A stretch of DNA of 64,000 bases, taken from NCBI RefSeq assembly GCF_009914755.1, contig NC_060934.1; one strand, 5' to 3'. The translations under genes and the position numbers were made by a program. The DNA is from the human T2T-CHM13v2.0 reference genome, Homo sapiens. Positions within the stretch are counted from its first letter, which is position 1, and every line of letters begins with the position of its first letter. Of the stretch, positions 1 through 13,230 are shown one piece after another. The notes below the pieces were generated by a model. That model was given only the letters and a program-made list of their open reading frames with translations. It did not search any database and was not told the DNA's origin.

Positions 1-954
1 CCAGCCCTGTTCAATGGTGGTATATCATTCCTTTGAGCTTTAGCTTTTACCAAAAAAAATAAAAAATAAAAAAGTTCCACTATAGCATTTGAATCAGAGG
101 AATTTAGAAGGCATGGTGTGAATGCCCAGACATCCCAAACAAACAGCAACGGCTGAAGTCAAGAAAGGGAAAAAAGTCTTCAATTAAAGACATGAACATA
201 AATTTATCTTAAATGCATCCGGATCTGGCATACAATCTGCAGACATTCCCTTGTTTTCTCTTTCTTATTTCTTTTACTGGTAATATTGATTTGTTATTTA
301 CACAGAAGAGGGAAACAAGGATGATTTTTTTGCTTCACCGTAGATAAATCATTTTGAAAAACAATTTTTTTAATCAAATGCTGTAGCAGAAGAGAAGCCC
401 ATCAAACTCTGGAATGCTATGCTTCTCATTAGCAACGGTCCCTGGTTTTCATTTCCATACTGCCATTTTGGGTTTATGTACAATAATAGAATCTGACACA
501 TTTGTGGAGAAAGAAAGTTCTTATAAATATACCGTCTTTAAGGATAAGGGGAGGGATGATGGGGATGAAATAACTTTTGAAACTATTTGTTCAGAGGCAA
601 ACAGATCAGAATGGGTGATGTAAACCTCCTCCTTGATATGAGTTCAGGAGGAAACACAGTGACAAACCAGTGGCTCTCAGGGACTGTTTGCAACTGTTAT
701 TGTTAGCCGTTCTGGCGACCATGCATTGTTCTAAAATTTCTTATTGTTAGCATGCAGGAACAGGCTGAAACTGGTAATCGAAGCAGCAAAAAACCATGTG
801 CTATAAGAAGATTAACTGTTAATTATAAGCAGTCACATTCCAAAGCAGCATATGCATAAAAAAGAAAACATGCTATTACTTGTCATTCCTTCCCAATCAT
901 TTTTACACTCACACCAAATGCAAAATAGAAATCTCAAAAGACAAACAAGTGCCA

Positions 955-990
<36 letters not shown>
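955..990 (+). repeat. (CA)n microsatellite, ~18 units
   Basis: Direct reading. Confidence 0.95.
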
Positions 991-995
<5 letters not shown>

Positions 996-3900
996 CAGCA
1001 AGAACGATCAATGAGAGGCTCAAAGACAAGACAGAAACAGTTAAAAACTATTGAGCCCCACATGTTGACAAACCTTCATGAATCAGAATGTCTAGATCAA
1101 GGTGCCACCAACTGGGAAGGTGGCTCTTTTTCGCTACTGCTGGCATAGTCCATTTCCATTGACTCCCTGTCAGGTATCTTCACCTAGAGACTTCTGGGTC
1201 CACTTTCTTAAAAGGTAAGACCTCCCATCTGGTGGAGCGATTCATCAGGCTTGAAGGATATGAGTACTGGCCAGGAAGAGCTCTCCTCTGGGCCATTATA
1301 CAAATCATGAACAAACTCTTTAACTAAAAGCTGATGAGGAGTTGTCTCCCTGGTGGTAGATGTTCCAGAAGAATTGAACACTCTCTGTGTAAAATTATAC
1401 TCTTAAGTTGTAAAATTAAATTATATCAAAGTTAAGTCATGGACCTCCTAATTTGGAAATTACCACCCCTCATCTCTCTCAACTCTCTCTGGCTTCCTAA
1501 CCCTTCAATTTTGTTACAGTGAATCATGGATATTCAGAACCACTGGTGTTTTGTTTCCATTTCTCAGTGACTGTTTCCTTTTCTAGAGCTGATTTAGGTT
1601 AGAAGGTTAATTTTAGATATGAAGAGTTCCACTTTAAATTCCCAAGGTTAGGTCTCAAAGTGCAACTTTGAAAATTTCAGGATTTATTTCAAACAGAAGT
1701 AAGTTTCTTATCTACTCCCTGGCCACACAAAGCATCCTCTCTCCTTTGGTGTTTGCTAATTTTCTTTCTTACATAGTCACCCATTGTTCCCTTCCCAAAT
1801 CCCAATTCTCAGACAAGGTTTTCCCCAGGATGTCAATGGTAATACAAAGTAGATCTATGAGGACATCTAGTGGATCAATGTGGAAGAGCAGCTAGTTCAT
1901 GGGCAGTTGGAACTAGCCTTTCTCCAAAAGGAGCAGAAAGAGGACCCTGCTGTCTCTGAGAATTGAAATATATGCAGTGTCATTTCAATTCAATGGCTTC
2001 TCATGATCCACAGCAGATGATTAGGGGTAGGGGCAGTGAAAGGGTGAGAGGTCCTAGGAGATGAGCCTAGGGTCTGCAGCCACAGCTGGCACAGGAGGAC
2101 TATTTCAGTGGCAGCTGACTGCGTCTCCTTTTTAAAGCCCTGCTGCAGCTTCCTGAGACTGGGAGCAGACAAGAGTGTGTCTCTGGCAAGTGTGAACACC
2201 AAAGCTACTTGTCATTCCATCTTAGGGCTCTTGAAACTTCATGCTCAATTAACTGCCCCGATAGGCCAACTTAACTCTAGGAAAGCAGAAATACAAGGCT
2301 CTAGGGACTCAGTTTACCCTCTGGTTCACATCATAAGGTTCTTGTTATTGGACCAGGGCCATGGATTCTATGAGGTTATGTGGTTGCTAAGAATTTGACC
2401 CTGAGTCTCACCTTCCTCCGAAGACCTAGGTCCTGGCAGTTTCACAATTTGAGAAAAAGCTTTTATGTGCTTTTCTTCACCACAGTGAAGTGGATATTCA
2501 ACCAACATTTCCATCATAACTTCATAGTACTATTTACAGAGACAAAATAGAAGTATTTCCCTAATGGACATCATCAAAACTATTTGTTTACTCTTGAGTG
2601 TTTAAAACAAAAAGGCTTCTCAGACGTGTTCTTGGACAACTTTTCCTCTATTCTCAAAGGCCATGATCATGAGACCAGAAACCTGTTGGAAAGTGGCTGG
2701 TGAAGATGCAGCTCAGTTACTGCTCTTTCCTTGAGTCAAATGGATAATCAGCTGTCAAACTCAGGTTCTCTGCTGGCTGGCCTTTCTGAGCCAAGCCTGG
2801 AATGGAAGGAAGAATTGGATTCCATCCTATCCTCAGCACCATCTGCCACCTGCATCAGCAACCAAATTGTCAGCCAATTTCCAATGCAGAATCTTAATTT
2901 CCAGGGTGGATTGGAAGAGGCAGGAAAAAGCAGTACTGGACTGAGGGGCCCAGGTGGAGTTTTCCAACTGCTGGGGAAAATGTTTTAGATTTCAAATGGA
3001 GCAAATTCAAGGGAAGACTGGGATGGAAGAAAAAAAACATCTGCCATTCAATCAATAGATACTTTTCAGGTCACAGCCTCACTTTTAAAATCAGTCAAAT
3101 GAAGGAGGGATTATTTCCAAGCAAGAAACATGGAGCTACTCTTCATGGGCTCTGCAGCAACTAACGTTACTAATAAAAATATCCACGGAAGAAAAAGTCC
3201 ACCAGGATTTAAGGTGAGGCCTTTGATGTGGCACTGGGAATCAGAGAATATTCTTTCAAGTCCTATAAATGAGAAATGATGTCTTCACTTAGCAAAATTC
3301 CTCCCATTACCTTCTGGAGTAAGAAGAAAGGTCTTCCAGGTGGTTTTCCAAAAACAGAGGAGAAAGAAAAAGCTAGTTAATGTCAGCAGCACAGAGCACA
3401 CTGAGCTAGTTGATTCTGCCCCTAATGACTGTATTGTGGCTGAGGAAGGCAGAAGTATTTGGCACTAGAGTTGTTGGTTGATTGACACCACATTTTCTCT
3501 CCAATTCTGAAGGACCATTCAATTTAGTATGCAGCTCTGCAGGTATGAAAGTGGGCCATGCCCTCAAGCCATGTTTAAAGGGTTCTGTCGATGAAGAAAG
3601 CCACAGAGTCGATTTTGGCAAGACTGTGCATTGAATTGAAGAAGGTCATCATTGTGTTTTGTTTTTAAAGTGAGCAATCTATACCCTCCAAACACTGATG
3701 ACTAACCAAAATCAGATGATCAACTTGCCTCTTTTGCTGCAAAGGAATGAGGGGACTGAATTTGAAACATCTTCTCCAAATTCCAGAGCCATTGGACTGA
3801 ACTGTTCCACAGATTGGGTCTCCTTTTCAGTAGAGCCTTACAAACATGAATAAAGACCCAAAGCTCAATGCTGGCCTTAAAAGCTCCTCCTCAATGGCCA

Positions 3901-4381
3901 CATCTTGTTGAGTAAAAGGGCATCCTATTCCTTGAGTAAGTTAGAGGTTCAGACACTTGTATTGACTTGTTCAGACTTATACATTGCTCATTGCTGAAAT
4001 GGAATGTTCTCCTCCAGTCAGCTTTTCTGCCTTAAACAGGTAAAGGGATCTTCCAAGATGTCTGACTAACATTCATAAAGCAACTGGGTGTGTCCTACTG
4101 AGTACTGACTAAAAGAAAAACTTTGTTGTAAAGCAAGGGAACTTCATAGACTGCAGATAATAATTACCACTGTGCAAATACTTGTCTCCAGTAAGACAAT
4201 TGAGATACTTACAGTCCCAAAGTTGAGTAACCAATTAATTATCTAGCAAGCACTTCTCATACAGAGAAGCATGTACTGCAATAAATACATCACTCTATGG
4301 AATATCTCTACTCTTATATGTAAAAATATGAATTTTTACATATAAGAATGTACATATACTCTGATACATCATGGTACATAT

Positions 4382-4382
<1 letters not shown>

Positions 4383-4424
<42 letters not shown>
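4383..4424 (+). repeat. (GT)5(AT)16 compound microsatellite
   Basis: Direct reading. Confidence 0.95.
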
Positions 4425-4428
<4 letters not shown>

Positions 4429-4932
4429 CACAACATGGGAATATATATGTGGCATATGTGTTTCCTTTAGGAGAGGAATCCAAGCTCAATAACAAAGGAG
4501 ACCAAGTATAATTTATCAAAGGCAAGCATGACAATTACCCCAGCTGATGAAGCATCTGGAGTTATAGTGGTAATTACTTCAGCCTAATCAGTGTCCCTTA
4601 AAAGTCCTGAGACAAGGCCTTCAAGAGAAACACACTGTTGTCAAGGTCTTATTTTCAAATAGAAAAATAAGACAGTGCCCGAAGCTGGCCAGAGCCCGGG
4701 GACTGGGGTGGATGGATGGAGAGCAGGCTCCCTGGGGACTCTCTGGCTCCAGGCTACTCTGTAGACTGCATTGGGGGATGAAGGAGTTGGGGCATGATGT
4801 CACTGCTACATGCAACATAAATACCAAAAGTAAAAGGGAAACTAAAACTGTACAGAAAATTAAAAGAGTATCTCTTCTAGAGAAAGACAGGGGGAACTGG
4901 ACTCCGGGCTGCTGGGAACCCGTTTTACTCAC

Positions 4933-4941
4933 AATATATCA
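4933..4941 (-). CDS. KCNMA1: KCNMA1 alternative 9-nt microexon (IYF insert at the STREX/C2 splice site)
   Basis: cactggtag|TGATATATT|gtgagt; C+TG ATA TAT T.. gives L-I-Y-(F), matching the known IYF variant; phase 1-1. Confidence 0.92.
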
Positions 4942-6249
4942 CTACCAGTGTGCAGTTAAAATAGAGTAGGGGCCGTATTCCAAGGCAGCAAAGAGAAAAA
5001 AAATAAATCAAAGATATGTCAATGATTTGAAGTCAAAGAAAATTCCTTCAAACACATCAAACTAGACATTACTTGTCCACTAGGAGTCCACACTTTGGCA
5101 AACTTTTAGAGTCTGGGGGAAGAAATGTAAATCATTAGACAAGGTTTGTTATATAGAAAAAGAAAATGAGTAAATAGTAGACCCTGAGAACTTGCTCCTC
5201 GGCCAGACAGCTGAATTTGACTCTTTTCCTTGATAGAGAGCTATGAAGAAATGGAAAGAAATGCAAACGTTAAACTATACTATCACAGGATTTCCAGAAA
5301 TGGAATGTCCGCACCTGATATTTCTCCGGATGAGATGACGTGAAATGTTGAAGGTTACTGAATGAAAGTGAATGAGGAGCTAGGGGTGGAAGTGAAAGGG
5401 GAAGGCTGGGTTGGGGAAGGAGGGTTAGGAAGCTATGGGTAAGGGCCAGTGACTGTCATGAGCTCTGCCCTCATGGGATCTACCATTCCAGGGTGAATTA
5501 TTAATACCTGGACTAACACGTTTGGACAGATGAGTATGTGGGTCAGCTGTCTTCTCCAACTTAGAGAGGGAACCAAGCAATGTCTGTTCGAAGGCATGGG
5601 GGTCCCCCCAGTGTGTTACTAATAATCCTAGTTTCTTCTAATTAAAGTTTCTTTGCAACTAAAACATCTTCTCCAATTTCCTCACTTGCCTGACCTACAT
5701 GGGGAGGTTTATTTTTAATAATTCATTTTATTCTAACCACCCCCTCACCTCACACACACATCTGCATCCTGCCCTCTGTTCTATGGCCTTTTAATTAGTA
5801 GGAGCAATATTCAGACAATTCTGATTGTTACATAGCCAAAGGCCTTTGTGAGATGAAGAAGCTGAGGTTGGGGGAGGAGGCACAGGGATGTACAGAGAAG
5901 GAAGCGAGGCCCTTGTTACACTGGCTTGGCTTTGTAGAGGCAGGCCTTTTGCAGCAATTGGTGCAGTGCATAATGGGAGATTATATACCTCACTAGCTCC
6001 ACCAACTTTAAAGGAAATGAAGAGAAGAAAATTATTTCAAACAATTATGGGCCTCTCTCTCCAGGATGAAGCTAAAGCCTGCTGCTGTTTACCTGTCTGG
6101 AACCAAGGTGGAAAAATACCCTAGAGGCCAAATCCTTATTTCTTATTTCTAGGGACAATTTAGTCTGCTGTGTTCCACTATGGCGTCCTATGAGGGACAT
6201 TCCAATGTCAGAGCAAGAGTCAGAGAAGTTCTCACTTCATCCTTCCACT

Positions 6250-6800
6250 TCCACTCCTTCCTCCCGAGAATGCTCTCCATCCAGACACCAGGGACATCTT
6301 TTAAACTAAGAACTAATGATGACATTTCCTCACTTAAAATCTTCCAAAGGCTTCCTAATATAGGACTAAAACCCACACTTCTTACCACGTCCCCTGTCTC
6401 CGTCTCTAATCTCATCTCATACTACCCTTTCCCCAGTGCCACTGGCCTTTCTTCCATCCTTCAAACACCACAAACTTATTCCTGCCTCCTGACCTTGACC
6501 TTTGCTCGTCTCCCTATCTGGATTGGGTCTTGGCCTCAACATCACCCCTGACTGAGGCCTTCCTGACCTTCCAAGCTATAAAGTAGCACCACTGCAGGAT
6601 TCCTCAACCCTCAGGCAGTCTCTTCTCTCTTCTTAGCACTGGCTATCTCTGAATTTATTTATTTACATCATCATGGTTTGTCTCCATTCACCAGAGTAAA
6701 GGATTCAGGAGGGCAGGGACTTTACCTTGTTGACCACTCCATCCCTGAAACCAAAAATAGCAGCTCATCCAAAGAAGATACTCAAAAATATGTGAACGGC
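6250..6800 (-). mobile_element. L2 LINE 3' fragment
   Basis: L2-like phrases (cttaaaatcttccaaaggcttcc; ggagggcagggacttt; actcaaaaatatgtg); heavily diverged, boundaries approximate. Confidence 0.65.
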
Positions 6801-8709
6801 TAATCAATATGTGAATCACAGTCTTGCTATTTCCTTGATACTCTGTGGGATGAGGGTCTGGCAAATATCCTGTCAGGGGTTATTGGCCTCACCTTTCCTC
6901 CCTTTCCCAACCCCTCACTACAAGCGTTTCTTTACAGAAGTGTTCACCTCTTGTATTTGTTGTTCTCTCTTATTTCCCTCAACCCTCAGACTGCTGTGCT
7001 CCTTCTGATTGAAATGATTCAGGAGATGTCTGGTCAACTCATCCGTGCTGCTGTGTCCACAACCAACTAAGCATGGCTGGGATGGACTGCCTGGTGAAGA
7101 AGGTCTTTGGATTCATGGGGTCTGTGGGGGTTGAATGGGGAGTGAGGTTCATTCTAGGCCTTGTTCTCTCTTAGATGCTCTTCTCGGTAGGTTGTCAGAA
7201 TCGGGGAATTCTTGTCCCAAGAAATTAGAGGCTCTTGTTTTGAGATATCAATAAATACTCATCTCGATAAGAGTCTGGGGGAAGGGGACCAGCTGTATTA
7301 AGTCAGTGGAAACAGGGGGAGGAAACCCATGGTCCTAAGCTGCCCCACCCTGAGGGGATTTCTGCAGAAACTTCTCTAGACCAAGAGTGCACCCCAAGGG
7401 AATTTTCCCCATGGGTTGAGGAACTTCTTTACCCTCCAGCAGAGTGATATTTATAGATGACTGGTTCTACATTTTCTGTACCCCACTCTAGGAGTACAAT
7501 GAAAAAGGTCCTTCCTTCAGTGGCATACTTTAGGAATGGTGCTCTTCTGTCTGGCTTCTGCTTGTGAACAAGGATTTTATGGGGTACTCTTTCATAATTG
7601 TTCTTACTCATCAGACCCAAGACTGCCCACATTGCCTTTCCCTTCTGCAAAAAAATGTTAGAGCACCCAGAGAATCAATAGAGGCCTTCAGGTGTGCCCA
7701 AATCCCTGTATGTTGGCTGTGTGACTGTCAGCAATCTCATCCTCTCAAACTTGGAAGCTTAGTTTCCTCTTTTTGTAAAATGGGATTAATAACACCCCTG
7801 CCAATTACATGGGGTTAGGGTGAGAATCAAAGCAATGATTATAAGGAGCTTTTAAAAGACTAACTCACCATAGGAAGGATGGCATCATTTTTTGTTTGTT
7901 TTTCAAGGGTTGAGAACAATTTCTATTAGGCAATACAGCATAATTACTGCAAAAGGCACAACCTTCTCAAAGCAAAGACCACTTAAGTCATGGTATCTCA
8001 GGAGCTCACAATTCCACGTTCTGGACTCACTATATCTTTCTCAAGAGGCCCCAGTGGCAAACTGCTTTAGAAGGGACTTGAGACAGAATATGCCAGAAAC
8101 AACTGAGCCCAGTCTAGTCTACCCCAAAGAGCGATGATGCTTGAGGTCGACCTTTGGACGATGGCAACTGAAGCCCTTTGGCAGTGGAAAGTTCTTTTCT
8201 TGGGGGCAGTCTGAAGGTATCACAGTTGCCAACTCTGGCCTGTGGTATTAAAACTAGCAGGAATTCCAAATGGAAAGAGTCAACTCCCATTTTGGAGACC
8301 AAGTCCTCAGATTTAGTTTCTCTCTCAACCCTATATACTCAGGGACCCCCAATCCACTGGAAATCACGATACAAAAACACTTTGTGCTCTGTGGCTTTAG
8401 TTCTCCTCCTTATTATACATCATACTTGTCTCTGTTAGACTGGACACATCTACTGAGGCACCTCTAGAGTAAAGAAGCAGGGACTAGGCACAGGTTTCAT
8501 TCCTAGGTGTTGATGGTGGTGATTTTTCATCCTCTGCTCTAACAAAGCAAGGACAGGTATTTATTTCATATTTCTTTAAACTGCTGGGTGAAACATAAAC
8601 ATACTCAAGAAAACTCTCGATGTTTAGTGTTTCTCTAATAAGAAAAGGGAAGGAAAAGGAATTTGGGGAATAGGAATGAGAAAGGGAGGGGACAGGGAGA
8701 GAAACACTA

Positions 8710-8823
<114 letters not shown>

Positions 8824-9266
8824 TCATAATCCACCCAAATGAAATGAGTACCACATTTCCTCCACGGTGGTGCCAAATTAATGAAACACGCCAGCATTAA
8901 TTTCCTTTAATCTTTTGAAAGGTTTAGACATTTGCAGACGGAAATGTTTGTTGCAAGACCATTTATTTCAAACACAGGATTCTGTGATTTGAGTTAGTGC
9001 TCCTTTTCATAAACTTCCATTTACAAAGAAACTGGGAAAAAAGTTGCTGATGTGACACACTGTGTCTGCTCATTCGTCTTTCATTTTTGAGAACAGCCTT
9101 TGATGCTACTCGTGGGGACATGTGGGCAATGAGCCCTGGGCCCTTGGTGGGGAAGTTAAATACAACACCAAAATTCCCACAGTCTGGTCAAATATATATT
9201 TGAGGGGGCAGAAGTATGTCGTTTCTCAGTCAAATAAAAATATCAAGCTTGTCACTCTGAAAGCAC

Positions 9267-9305
9267 CTTTTCTGGGCAGCCAAAGGGAGACAGAGTTGAG
9301 GAGGT
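9267..9305 (-). CDS. Candidate in-frame 39-nt alternative exon (PPQLCLPLAAQKR) between the ILINPG and AFFYCKACH exons
   Basis: Branch-like CTGAC (A at 9336, -31), tract ctttcgtttttccctctctgcag, donor AAG|gtgctt, phase 2-2, no stop codon. No transcript evidence available to me. Confidence 0.4.
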
Positions 9306-10359
9306 CTGCAGAGAGGGAAAAACGAAAGCCACGAGTCAGTGGGTTCCTCTGTCAAACCCCCTCTGGAGTTTCACAGCTTATTTTACTCCAAAGCTGACTG
9401 GACCAATTCCCATGCTATCCAGCCCTGAGAACATGCACTAAATGATGGTTTTCTTCTCACTATGGAGCAAAGCTCAGCTGACCACTGGAAGGGGGTGAGT
9501 AGAGCTTATTGAAGCAATAGGTAGGTAGAAGGAGAATGAGATGAAGCACTCAAAAAGAAAATCCCCTAATCTGACTTGAATGTCCATAGGTGATTCCACA
9601 GTGCATTAGCTGTGTCAAAGATATTCTGGATAAGAAAAATAAGATCATTCAAGCACTATTTGAAATCACAGTGCCTAGAACAGCACAAGAGGCCTGTGCC
9701 CTTTCAGTACTGGGGAGGTGATAAAATTCACTGGAACAACCCTACAACCTTCTGGATCCAAGAACTAACAAAATCCCTGGCTTGTTGCCTTTACCACTCC
9801 CAACAGGAAACTGAATGCCAGCTATGAACATGGCCTTTTCTTGACCAGGGCTGCAGAAATAAACACAATTCTTGACCATTTGATTCTTAGGTTCCTTTTT
9901 ATGTTTTCACAGGACTTGATTTATAATTGGCACTCATTGGAAACCAATGTTAAGACTTTTGGATCCACACGAGGTCTTGGAGATCCTGCAGCCTAAATCT
10001 CTGGGACTCAGTGTCCTCATCTGTAAACTGAGGAGGTTGTCGTGGACTGCCCAGTCATTCCATGCTGGGATTCAGCCAGCCCCAGGACTTCTGAATCCAA
10101 GTCCAATGCTTGCTCTATCCTAGCAAATTCTCCACTCTTTCTTTAAATGCCAGCTGTCATCTATGTCTCAAAAAAATTAAAAAAAAAATAAAAAGAAATC
10201 CTAGCTGACTGTTGACCCTGAGTGGCAATGTGGCTAAGAACCCAATCAATCTGCCTTGGCACAGGAAGAACAGGAAAGTAGAAAGCATCCAAGTTGGGGA
10301 AAGTAACTCTGCGTCCACTTCCTTTGGCCATTTTCCCTCCCCCTTTGTTGCTCTTAACA

Positions 10360-10625
10360 CATAATGATAATAACGGTAACAATCATATAGCTAACATCTA
10401 TAGAGAACAGACTACATGTCAGGTGTGGTTCTAAGTATTTTATAAGCATTAAACATATTTGATCCTCAAACAACCCTTTGAAGGAGGTATGATTATTATT
10501 TCTATTTTACAGATAAGGAAACTGAAGCACAGAGAAGTTAAGTGACCTGCCCAAGGCCACACAGCTAAAAGTACCAAAGCTGAGATTGAATTCACATAGC
10601 CTGGCACCAGAGCCCAAGGTCTATA
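10360..10625 (-). mobile_element. MIR SINE, near full length
   Basis: MIR core attttacagataaggaaactgaagcacagagaagttaagtgacctgcccaaggccacacagct. Confidence 0.9.
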
Positions 10626-10709
10626 CTAAAGAGATGATGACATGATAATAAGCCTGAATAGACTTGTGAAAAGATAAAGTTTGATTACTTCATGAACTAA
10701 AGTTGGATT

Positions 10710-11465
<756 letters not shown>

Positions 11466-11799
11466 CTAGGCAATTAAGGTTAATAAGTGAAATGAGGCAA
11501 GGGTCGGGGGTGTCCATGGTGATCTGGAGCAGGCAGAGTATCTAAGCTCAGCTGACCTCTGCCAAGTGGCATTTCTTTGCAAGAATCATTCTCTTCCCCA
11601 CCCATCTTTGCCTCTGTCATGCTCACCTCGCAAAGCCCCTCCCTTACTGCACACCTGCACCTGAGCAACGGAGTTTCGCTGGGAAAGAAAACATGCTGAC
11701 CTCACTTTAAACCCACAACCATGGATTTCAGGGGCCTTTTCCACTCTTTGGGATCTACCCCATTCTCCTGTTGCTTGCTTTCTCACACTCCAAAACAGC

Positions 11800-12275
11800 T
11801 CTCTCTCCTCTCCTCTCCACTTGCTCCAGCTCACCGTACCCCTCCCACAAGCAGCCTTCAGCTGGTGATCTTGCTTCACCCATCATCAGACCAGCTTTGT
11901 GTCCTGCAAGGCTGGCCTGTATGGTCTCCTTGTCCTCTGGTTTCCTGGCCTGCGTGTCCAGTGGAAGGAGTCAGCAGGAGACTAGGGTGAGGGGGGATGA
12001 GGTCACCACCTTGACCCCCCGGGTGCCCTCCTGTACAGGTCTATGAAATGGCACATGACAGCCTCTCTCTCCAGCTCCTGATAGCCCTCCTTCCCCTTGA
12101 CCCCACAGATCTAGGGTGAAGGTGGCTTCCCCTTTCTTGCTAGCTCTGCAGTGCTTGGCCATCCCTTGTTGGTTTTCCTTTACTATTTGCCCATAACTTT
12201 ACAGTCTCTTCATAAAACTCTCCTCCTTTTTCCCATTTAAGTTTGTCATCTGTTTCTTGCCAGGACAAGAAACAG
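11800..12275 (+). mobile_element. Old ERVL-type LTR (LTR33-like) nested in L2
   Basis: 3' end taaaactctcctcc...cccatttaagtttgtcatctgtttcttgccaggac resembles LTR33 termini; low certainty. Confidence 0.45.
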
Positions 12276-12279
12276 CACC

Positions 12280-13230
12280 CACATTTACATATTCATCTCC
12301 AATTCACACTTATCCCCAGAACTCCAGACTCTAAGATCCAACCGCCTTATGATATCACTGTGTGTATGTTTAGTACACATCTCCTACCTAACATAGCCCA
12401 GATAGAATGCTTAACTTCCTACTACCCAAAACTTGCTCCTTCTCTAGTATCCCTCATCTTGGTTAAGATCAACACAATCTAAGCCCTGACTCTAGCCTTC
12501 ATCCTTCATTCCTCTTTTTTCCTCACTTCTGCCCAATTCATTGGGGGGTTCTGCACACTCTCCCAAATACAGTCTGAATGGGAACCCACCTCTCTCCACC
12601 TCCACTCAGGGGTCAGTCCAAGCTGCCATCATCTCTCACCTAAACTATGCAATAGGCGCTGAGTCTCTCACCTCTTCTCCTGCCCCATTCCTCTCATTCT
12701 CTACAATGCAGGAAGAATGACCTTTTCAAAATATACATCAGATCAGCTTAAAGCCATCAATGACTTCCATTTTATAACAGATCCAACCTTTCTATAAAGT
12801 GCTTTAGGAGCCAGCCTCTGCCTCTCTCTAACCTCATCTCATACCACTCTCCCCAAATCTATTCCCTAGCCGCACTTTCCTTCTTGGGGTCCCTATCCAC
12901 AATGAACTTCTTCCCAGCCCATCTCTTCTTCCTATCTGATCCCTGCCTGATGGATTATTTCCCTTCATCTCAATCTCTGCTCAAATACCAACCCCTCTGA
13001 GAAGCTTTCACTTATACCCAACCCAAATCAGTGACCCAGTTGCATTAATTCTTTTACCACTAATTATTTTTTAAAAAACTGTAATTCTTTCCTGCCTAGA
13101 ATATGAGCCCCACGAGAGTTGGGACTTCTCCCCATTGTTCATTTTTCACCACTGTTTCCCTGGTGCCTTGTATAGAGCCTTCTAAATGTAAACGACTTAT
13201 ACACATTTGATGGGCGAATGAATGAGTGAG
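12280..13230 (-). mobile_element. L2 LINE fragment
   Basis: Typical L2 3' sequence (gtccaagctgccatcatctctcacct; tagaatatgagccccacgagag; gaatgaatgagtgag end). Confidence 0.75.

Noticed and set aside
249-320. Imperfect 17-bp stem (ccttgttttctctttct / agaagagggaaacaagg) as a miRNA or structured RNA
   Set aside because: Relies on G-U pairs on the non-transcribed strand, is low complexity and has a large loop.
1-4900. STREX and e22/gBK exons
   Set aside because: I found no PKMSIYKRM or KVAARSRYSKDP coding sequence on the minus strand; these exons should lie beyond position 1.
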